64,000 nucleotides of DNA from Octopus vulgaris (Eukaryota): the NCBI GenBank assembly GCA_951406725.2, contig OX597837.1:10974001-11038000 (forward strand). Direction: 5' to 3'. The notes under the pieces are model-generated. The model did no database searches, was not told where the DNA came from, and saw only the letters and a program-made list of their open reading frames with translations. The stretch's first letter is position 1. Each line of letters begins with the position of its first letter. A program made the position numbers and the translations under genes. Shown piece after piece: positions 54,601-64,000 of this stretch.

Positions 54601-55795
54601 AACAGATAAGATAGCTTTCATGTGCGGCAGATGCACAGGGGCAATAGACACAACAGACACTCAGAAAACAGATTCCATCACACTCCAGGGAGAGAAACTA
54701 GAAGTAGTTGATAGTTTCCGCTACCTGGGTGACCAAGTTAGTAGCGGAGGTGGATGCACAGAGAGTATCACCACTAGAATACGAATAGCCTGGGCAAAGT
54801 TCAGAAAGCTCCTACCCCTACTGGCGACAAAGGGTCTCTCCCTCAGAGCGAAAGGTAGATTGTATGATGCATGTGTGCGAACTGCCATGCTTCACGGTAA
54901 TGAAACATGGGCTGTGACTGCAGAGGACATGCGTAGACTTGAAAGAAATGAAGCTAGCATGATCCGCTGGATGTGTAGTGTCAGTGTGCACGCACGACAG
55001 AGTGTAAGCATCCTGAGAGAAATGCTGGATATAAGAAGCATCAGATGTGGTGTGCAAGAGCGACGCTTGCGATGGTATGGTCATGTGCTGCGGATGGATG
55101 AAGAGAGATGTGTGAAGAAGTGCCACTCCCAAACAGTTGAAGGTATCAGGGGGAGAGGTAGACCCAGGAAGACATGGGATGAGGTAGTCAAGCATGACCT
55201 CAGAGCATTGGGCCTCACTGAGGCAATGGCGAAGGACCGAGATCTCTGGAGATATGCTGTGACTGCAAAGACCCGGGCTGCTTCCTGCATCAGTTCCACA
55301 TAGCCCCTGCCCATTCAAAGTACCCCGGATCCCAGATCGTCCCGCTGTGCCTGAGGAGACCTGTTGAGTCAAGTACATGAACATGAACGTCGAAATAAAT
55401 ATCAATGGAAATAGGAGTTATGATGCCTGTGCCGGTGGCACATAAAAAGTACTATCCGAACGTGGCCGATGCCAGCGCTGCCCCGACTGGCCTCTGTGCC
55501 GGTAAGACCATCCGAACGTTGCCAGCGCCGCCTTGGCTGGCTCCCGTGCCGCTGGCACGTTAAAAGCTCGAACCGATCGTGACCGATGCCGGACCCCCCC
55601 GGCCCCTGTGCAGGTGGCACGTAAAAAGCACCCACTACACTCGCGGAGTGGTTGGCGTTAGGAAGGGCATCCAGCCATAGAAACTCTGCCAGATCAGACT
55701 GGAGCCTGGAGCGGCCCCTGGCTCCCCAGACCCCGGTCGAACCGTCCAACCCGTGCTAGCGCGGAAAACGGACGTTAAACGATGATGATGATGAT
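51634..55795 (+). mobile_element. near full-length RTE-clade LINE (APE + RT), 3' (GAT)n tail
   Basis: APE motifs VGTINVGTL, CCIQEVRW, SAYAPQ, GGDFNGHVG, SQIDFIL; RT motifs KAPGPSG, NYRGIKLL, QFGF, FVDLEKAFDRV, GVHQGS, LLYADD, FRYLG; RTE-type C-terminus RRLRWYGHV and GRGRPRKTW. Confidence 0.93.
52070..55303 (+). pseudogene. RTE APE-RT ORF interrupted by a single in-frame TGA at 53144-53146
   Basis: ORFs 52070-53146 and 53165-55303 are in the same frame (EGS*EFLRDSLLSATD). Confidence 0.88.
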
Positions 55796-56147
55796 ATATA
55801 TATATATATAATGATAAATCTCAGAGCGAGTTATGATTGTCACACGCCGATGATGGGTCAATACCCTGAAACTCCGTGTGTATCATAAGTTGAAGACGGG
55901 GAGGATGGCTTCCCTTCGCAAATACTGATAGGGCACAGAAAGTGTGTCTATACCCAGCTGGAGGAGGTGTCCTCCTAGGGCTACAAACTACAATAGCGTC
56001 CACCCTTAGGGGTTAGCCATATTCAAATGGCAAATATACGTCACTATATATATATATATGCATGTATGTATGTATGTATGTATGTATGTATGTATGTATG
56101 TATGTATGTATGTATGTATGTATGTATCTATCTATTTATCTATCTAC

Positions 56148-56214
<67 letters not shown>

Positions 56215-56896
56215 CATACATATATATATGCTTCAATCAACGTTCGTGTATGTGCGCTCCAGAGATCCTCGTCTCGTTGATGTCCACCACATCTATGTTT
56301 AGGGACCAGGGTGGGGGGTGGGGATGAGCAAATGACGTTGCTTCCAAACCGAACCCAAACCACATGGATTTACCTACTCCACTTTGATAGGTTTATACAT
56401 CTCACTATGTCTATCGGAGAACAAAAAGGAGAGAGGTGATTCACTTTCGTCTTCGAGACGGCCAAATAATTTAGTTCTTTCTTTGGGCGAATGTTTCTTG
56501 AGTGGCCTCTCCAATGACCTCTGATCGATTATTTTCTTGAAAGTCTCTTCACTGGACGAGAATAAAGTGGACATCTAATGGCGTCTTCATTAGTGACCCG
56601 TCTTTGAGAGCTTTTGAAGATAAATTCCTGAAATTCCTCACATTTCCATTTGTCTTTTATACACCTTTCATGTGTGTTGCTTGATATTCCATCAACTCAC
56701 TATCGTTGGTTGCTGATGGAGTTTGTTCGACGAATCTCTTTTATTTCTCTTTTATTTGTTTCAGCCATTAGACTGCGGCCATGCTGGAGCACCACCTTTA
56801 ATCGAACAGTACGTGCTAGCTGTGATAAAATGGAAGTGAACATTGGACGACGAGGTTGTAAACAAAATGAAAGCAATGCATGAGAGTTAATAGAGG

Positions 56897-56927
<31 letters not shown>

Positions 56928-56936
56928 AGAGAGAGG

Positions 56937-56968
<32 letters not shown>

Positions 56969-57397
56969 AGAATGAGGGAGACAAAGAATGGTAAATGTAT
57001 AGAAAGAGACAGGTAGATGGTGACAGATAGAGAGTGGGAGAGCTGTTGGTCTTGAAGTAGAGATATTTCGAGTAACGAATTATATTTCTTTTATTATTAT
57101 TTACGAACGATCTTCTCTTCGAAAGGAAGATTTCGAAAACCAAATTCATTTTTCTCGAGAACGTAAAAAGCAAGATTAGGTTTATCTGTGGAAAGAAAAG
57201 CCTACGGAAAAGACTACGGTAACCTCAGGCAGGGAAAGAATAAACACATGAGAGCAAAGTGCTCTCTCTCTCTCTCTTTAAGATGTACAGGATCATGCTC
57301 AAAGTGATTTCGTCGCTCGCACGCACCATCTTTGCTGCATTCACCCACCTTTTTTTTTTAAACTTTCACGAGAAAAAACCTGCTTCTCCTTTCTCAC

Positions 57398-57655
57398 CTT
57401 ATGCCGTTCAGCATAAGCCCACAGGTCCGAAATGGTTGGACACTGCACCAGTGCGTGCAGAACGGTTTCATCGCTCTGACCGCATCTCGAGCAAGTCGGT
57501 CCGGTGTGTCAAGAACCGTGCCTGTAGAGCTTATCCCGAACAGGTTATGCTTCTCGATAGCACTGCCAGGCCAGGGATCTTTGGTGATTGTTCATAGGTC
57601 CCGGCCCGAAAGTTGTCCTGAACAGGCGGGTCAGGTGTTTCAGAGCCTTTCGGAG
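57398..57655 (-). mobile_element. L1/Tx1-clade LINE C-terminal zinc-knuckle fragment
   Basis: RSLAWQCYRE..PVRDKLYRHG...CSRCGQSDETVLHALVQC, with internal stops. Confidence 0.75.
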
Positions 57656-57839
57656 CTAAACACGCATACATAATCACATACACACGCACATACATACAAA
57701 CATACATACATACATACATACATACATACAAACATACATACATACATACATACATACATACATAAACACACACACATACATATATAAAAGAAAATATTTA
57801 ATTATTTCCCTACAGTTGTCAATTGTGGAACACGACTGT

Positions 57840-57893
<54 letters not shown>

Positions 57894-57900
57894 CACCACC

Positions 57901-57974
<74 letters not shown>

Positions 57975-58168
57975 ATAAACCTGATGATTGCGCAACGCAT
58001 GAAAGTACTAGTTTCATCACAATGAATACATAATATTCTATTATGATGATATTGTAAAATTGTAGAAATTGTAAATAATAAAAAGGAGAAATCAGATTAG
58101 GTTGGAATTTCGTTGATTAATATATTCTTCTATACACAACCAGACAAACTCGGATCTCTATCTATCTT

Positions 58169-58242
<74 letters not shown>

Positions 58243-58252
58243 CCTCTCTCTG

Positions 58253-58320
<68 letters not shown>

Positions 58321-58397
58321 GCAATCTATCTATCTATATATCTGTCTGTCTGTCTGTCTCTCTCCCCCACCTCTCTCTCTCTATATATATATATACA

Positions 58398-58885
58398 CAG
58401 GGTGCGTAAAGTATTCGAGGGCATACCTTTCTGGGGTCATTACTGCATTTTTTGCAGACCCTCAGCTTACCCAAGAAATGAAGAGACATGCTGTTATTGT
58501 AGTTATAAAGCCTGAGTATAGCGATTTAGAAATATCTCGAATTTTAAAAGTTGCCAGATCTTTCGTCTACAAAGTTTGTAAGGAGTTAGAAACTGAAGAT
58601 GAAAATGTATCATCAGTATCAAAGCATAAAAAGCATTCTAAATGCTCTGAAATCCACCAGAACACCTGAATTCATCCAGCAAGTTCAACAGACCATTGAT
58701 TGCAATCTCAGAAAGTCCATGAGGTCAATTACAAAAGATCTCCATGTGTCAGAAGGAACAACCAGAAATGTTATCCATGAAGACATCCGATATAAGTCTT
58801 ATATGATGAAGAAAGGTCAATTTGTCAGAAAAACCAAAAAAAATTCACTACATCAGACCCCAAAAGTTCTTAAACAAACTGAAAA
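58398..58885 (+). mobile_element. Tc1/mariner left end with HTH-region remnant
   Basis: CAGGGTG TIR; LEISRILKVARSFVYKV, KSMRSITKDLHVSEGT. Confidence 0.75.
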
Positions 58886-59199
58886 TTGCTGTCAGTTACC
58901 AATGGTTTCTCTCATAGTTTTGATACGCTGTTTTCTATCATGAATAGAACTGCCGGCATTTTCGACGACTCAAGCATCCTTCTATATTATAAAAGCTGAC
59001 TTCCATTATCTTAGAAATATCAGACCAATAACTCTTTCCAGAAGATTTAGCTGTAAACCATTGAATTCAGCAGAGAAATGAGACCAACGCCATAAAATAT
59101 GATTAGCTGTTAATTCTAGGATTTTGTATATTTTATTCTTCCAACAGAAACGTATGATTAAGGTTTGGGTAAGTAGCAAAATATCCCAGGACACATAGT

Positions 59200-59308
59200 C
59201 ACACACACAAACATATGTATATGTGTATATATATATATATGTATATATGTATATATATATATATGTGTGTGTGTATGAATATGTATATATATATATATGT
59301 GTGTATGA

Positions 59309-59374
<66 letters not shown>

Positions 59375-59378
59375 ATGA

Positions 59379-59446
<68 letters not shown>

Positions 59447-59900
59447 GTATATATATATATGTGTATGTGTATATGTATATATGTATGTATCTATGTATAT
59501 ATATACCTAAATACATATGCATATATGTATGTATATATATATATGTATATATATATACATATGTATATGTATATATACATATATATATATGTACATATAT
59601 ATATGTATATATATATACATATGTATATGTACATATATATATATGTACATAAGTATATGTATATATTTATGTATGTGTATATATATATATATATACACAC
59701 ATATGAATATACACATACATACATATATATATATATATACATATTTATATATCTATGTATAATGTATATATATATATGAATGTGTATATATATATGTATA
59801 TATAAATATATGTATATATATATTATTTCTGTATACATGCTTATATACATACACACACTCTTTATATATACATGTATATATAAATATATGTATATATATA
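59200..59900. repeat. degenerate (TA)/(TG) array
   Basis: direct inspection. Confidence 0.9.
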
Positions 59901-60084
59901 TCTTACTCAATGAAATCGATAAAATGTTGTGCAATCTAAATCGTAGGTGGAGTCAGAATTCAAGTCAGAAATATTGCAATCGAAATAACACAAACGATGT
60001 GCTTTATAAGTTTATAATGCAATTTACTGTAACATAATATAACAGAATATAACGTAATATAACATTATATAATGTTATACAATA

Positions 60085-60340
60085 CAGGGTGTTTAAAAAG
60101 TTTCTCTGCAGTAAATATTTTATTGCAAAATAAATATTTCTAAGATGGTATAAGACTACAAAAGAATATATTAGACTTTACAAGACTTAAAAAAAAACTT
60201 TAAGTGTCGTCCTTCATTTTCAGTACATAAGTTGACTCTTCTACCCATGTTTTGAAATATATCTTGGAGAGTCTGATGCAGTATGGACCGTGTGAAGGTT
60301 ATGATGGCGTCTCTTAGCTCATTAATGGTTTTCGGGCAGC
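60085..60340 (-). mobile_element. Tc1/mariner terminal fragment
   Basis: TA|CAGGGTG TIR; PKTINELRDAI...RRVNLCTENEGRH. Confidence 0.7.
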
Positions 60341-61795
60341 ATTTCCTTTTGTGCTTCAAGGACAAAACTGTTCTTCCTTTGGTCAACCACCCTGGAATTT
60401 CCTCCGTTCCATCTACCAATGCATTAAATTGCTCTGCACTCAATTTATGACACCTACTAAACATTTTAATCCCAAATCCCTGAACACCATCAGGTCCTAC
60501 TGCTTTCTAATTTCTCATCTTTTTGCTCATATTTCTGATGCTGTCCTCGGTAAAGCGGAGAGCTTCTACCCGAGGGGATAAGAAGCTGTTTGCTTCAGGT
60601 TGCAGAGCTATTCAGCTCCAATATTGCGTCGTTGTTGTTTACTCCATAACCCATTCACAAACCATCGACTCTCTTCTACGAGGGGAACCAATCTTTCGCA
60701 TGATAAACCATCATTAATTTCTTGATAAAATATTTCTTGACCGATTCTAAACAATCGCTTTTGCTGGTATTGTTTAATCTGTCACTTGAACCAACTTAGT
60801 TCTGCTTTCTCTGCAAGAATCCGCTGCTTCAGGTCTTCATTCACAATAACCAATCCTTTTGTATCAACGCCATACTTCTTCAATTTTCGTCCTCTTTTCC
60901 TGTCAAGTATTGACACTACTCTGTTCTTGTAGCTTATATCTTCTGATATTCTTCTTTTCTACCAACGTTGCTTATTCCCTTTTCTTTCAGCCAATGCTTT
61001 GTTCTCATTGGTTTTCAATCCCTTCCTTTCTGCAAGAGTCCTACTTGCAGCCTTGATGAGTTTATTTGTCAGATGTTCTTTGTTTCGTTGTATTTCAATA
61101 CCTTATAGGCTGTGTAGTAAGTAGCTTGCTTACCAACCACATGGTTCCGGGTTCAGTCCCACTGCGTGGCACTTTGGGCAAGTGTCTTCTACTATAGCCT
61201 CGGGCCGACCAAAGCCTTGTGAGTGGATTTGGTAGACGGAAACTGAAAGAAGCCTGTCGTGTATATGTATATATATATATATGTGTGTGTGTGTTTGTGT
61301 GTCTGTGTTTGTCCCCCTAGCATTGCTTGACAACCGATGCTGGTGTGTTCATGTCCCCGTCACTTAGCGGTTCGGCAAAAGACACTGATAGAATAAGTAC
61401 TAGGCTTACAAAGAATAAGTCCCAGGGTCGATTTGCTCGACTAAAGGCGGTGCTCCAGCATGGCCGCAGTCAAATGACTGAAACAAGTAAAAGAGTAAAA
61501 GAGTAAAAGAGAGAGTATTGACTTTATTTGTTTCTTAGTCTCCATTGGTCAGCCTTCTTAAAGTCGCATATAAATTCTGTCTCTCCTCTACATTCAATAG
61601 ATCCAGAATTATGTTTATTATCGTTTGGTGTTCATCATTTAAATGATCTCTGATCTCAATTCTTTCGGTTTCGAAATCAGAGTGGTCCTTCCCCTAGGTT
61701 GATTGCCATCCAAAGCTAACCACTTCAGCCAGACACTCGCCTTTTCGTTCTCTTCTCTTGCCAGTTCGGCGACGGCTTGGAGTTGGGTTTCATTG
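60340..61795 (-). mobile_element. decayed R4/Dong-like non-LTR retrotransposon fragment, split by a SINE
   Basis: AVGPDGVQGFGIKMF...EQFN...WLTKGRTVL resembles the RT N-terminal region of RLE-type LINEs. Confidence 0.6.
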
Positions 61796-62004
61796 TCAGA
61801 GCTGGCGGAATCGTTAGCATACAGGGTGAAATGCTTAGCGGCATTTCGTCCGTCTTCACGTTCTGAGTTCAAATTCCTCTGAAGTCGACTTTGGCTTTCA
61901 TCCTTTCGGGGTCAATAAATTAAGTACCAGTGAAGCACTGGGGTCAATGTAATCGACTAGTCCCCTCCCCCAAAATTTCAGGCCCTGTGCCGTCAATAGA
62001 AAGG

Positions 62005-62052
<48 letters not shown>

Positions 62053-62464
62053 GTTATTATTATTATTATTATTATTGTTATTATTATTATTATTATTATT
62101 GTTATTATTATTATTATTATTATTGTTATTATTATTATTATTATTATTATTGTTATTATTATTATTATTATTATTGTTATTATTATTATTATTATTATTA
62201 TTGTTGTTATTATTATTATTATTATTGTTATTATTATTATTATTATTATTGTTATTATTATTATTATTATTATTGTTATTATTATTATTATTATTGTTAT
62301 TATTATTATTATTATTATTGTTATTATTATTATTATTATTATTATTGTTATTATTATTATTATTATTATTGTTATTATTATTATTATTATTATTGTTATT
62401 ATTATTATTATTATTATTGTTATTATTATTATTATTATTATTGTTGTTATTATTATTATTATTA

Positions 62465-62496
<32 letters not shown>

Positions 62497-62497
62497 G

Positions 62498-62541
<44 letters not shown>

Positions 62542-62545
62542 GTTG

Positions 62546-62580
<35 letters not shown>

Positions 62581-62581
62581 G

Positions 62582-62643
<62 letters not shown>

Positions 62644-62655
62644 GTTATTATTATT
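62005..62655. repeat. (ATT)n array punctuated by GTT
   Basis: direct inspection; further (ATT/ATC)n at 62945-63205 and (ACT/ACC)n at 57841-57973. Confidence 0.95.
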
Positions 62656-62782
62656 CTTTAAAGGATTGACTTAACTCTTCACGAAGGTAAATAGACAACA
62701 CGAAGAGCACGATATTTCGACATCTCGTCTGTCTTCTTCAAGTTCAAAACATAAAATCTATTTCAATCGCATTGCGCTCTTC

Positions 62783-62817
<35 letters not shown>

Positions 62818-63060
62818 TATAGGATTGAGGTAACTCCTCCAGAAGATACAGAAGCAAAAGAAAAGAGTGCCACTATTATCAAGTGAACGATATTTCGACA
62901 TCTCGTCTGTCACTTGATAACAATGGCACTCTTCTTCTTTTTTGCTTATTATTATTATTATAATTATTATCATCATCATCATCATCATCATCATCTTCAT
63001 CATTATTATTATTATTACTATTATTATCATCATTATTATCATCATCACCATCATCATCAC

Positions 63061-63126
<66 letters not shown>

Positions 63127-63764
63127 CATTATTATCATTATCATTATCATTATTATTATCATTATCATTATTATTATCATTATTATTATTATTGTTATTG
63201 TTATTGAATCAAAAGAGACATTTCCAGACACTGTTTTATTGGATAGGGTGAGTCTGGTGTGGTTGAGCTTACTCACACACACAGTTAGCTGTTCTGAAAG
63301 CCAATCGTTTGTTGAAGAGTTAAACTTGGTTATTTAACGACGCTACAAAAACAGAAATGCAACTCTGCAAAGAAAAACATATTGCACAAGTCAAAATAAT
63401 GGCGGTAGTGGTTTTGGTGGGGGAACCTAAATAAAAACAAAACAAATACCACGGCGACAAAATTTCCGTCTGCCATATCAATTCAAAGATGTCATTTCTT
63501 TGCAGGACTCTGTTTATGTAACATAAACAAGAAATGAGCAATAATCGCTTTAAAGTTTAGATTATACATCGAATATTATTTTTCTGTTGCGGCGGAGAAA
63601 GAAATTCAGTGTTTCTTATTTATTTTCAACGGTTTGACATTTCCACAGACATATGACCATGCGCATACATGCGCATGCGTGTGTGTGTATTCATATATGT
63701 GTGCATACATACAGACAGACGCACATACATATACATAGGAGCATGCCTCGCTGATATCTATCTA

Positions 63765-63874
<110 letters not shown>

Positions 63875-63875
63875 A

Positions 63876-63908
<33 letters not shown>

Positions 63909-64000
63909 TACACACACACACATATATATGCATAAATATATAGATATATATACATATGTATATACATATATATGTATATATATGCATATATATATATATA

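Noticed and set aside
56374-56574. 66-aa minus-strand ORF
   Set aside because: No recognisable homology and no partner exons; cannot support a gene call.
62005-62655. Regularly punctuated array resembling a CRISPR or coded repeat
   Set aside because: No unique spacers; simple slippage of (ATT)nGTT units.
61930-63337. Poly-Ile, poly-Leu and poly-His/Tyr ORFs
   Set aside because: (ATT)n and (ATC)n trinucleotide arrays.

Overview
AT-rich, microsatellite- and SINE-dense animal DNA; the repeat landscape suggests an octopus or other coleoid cephalopod (inferred, not proven). Three intron-rich genes could be assembled by hand. (1) Tepsin (AP-4 accessory protein) on +, 11 coding exons at 2534-18144, first exon not found, with one U12-type intron. 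(2) A complete 7-exon DCXR/L-xylulose reductase on + (copy A, 28018-39926, 244 aa). (3) A second complete 7-exon DCXR on - (copy B, 50220-20648, 244 aa). Copy A lies entirely, in antisense orientation, inside intron 5 of copy B. The two proteins differ at 14 residues, clustered around the substrate pocket. Several unrelated palindromic, Penelope-like repeats carry minimal type I hammerhead ribozyme motifs, including a family with a compensatory G3:C8 core. The window also holds a near-intact RTE LINE (one in-frame TGA, PHD-like finger after the RT core), Helitrons at one duplication breakpoint, CR1, Tx1, R4 and Tc1/mariner relics, MITEs and several tRNA-derived SINE families. Exon coordinates were counted by hand; repeat boundaries are approximate.
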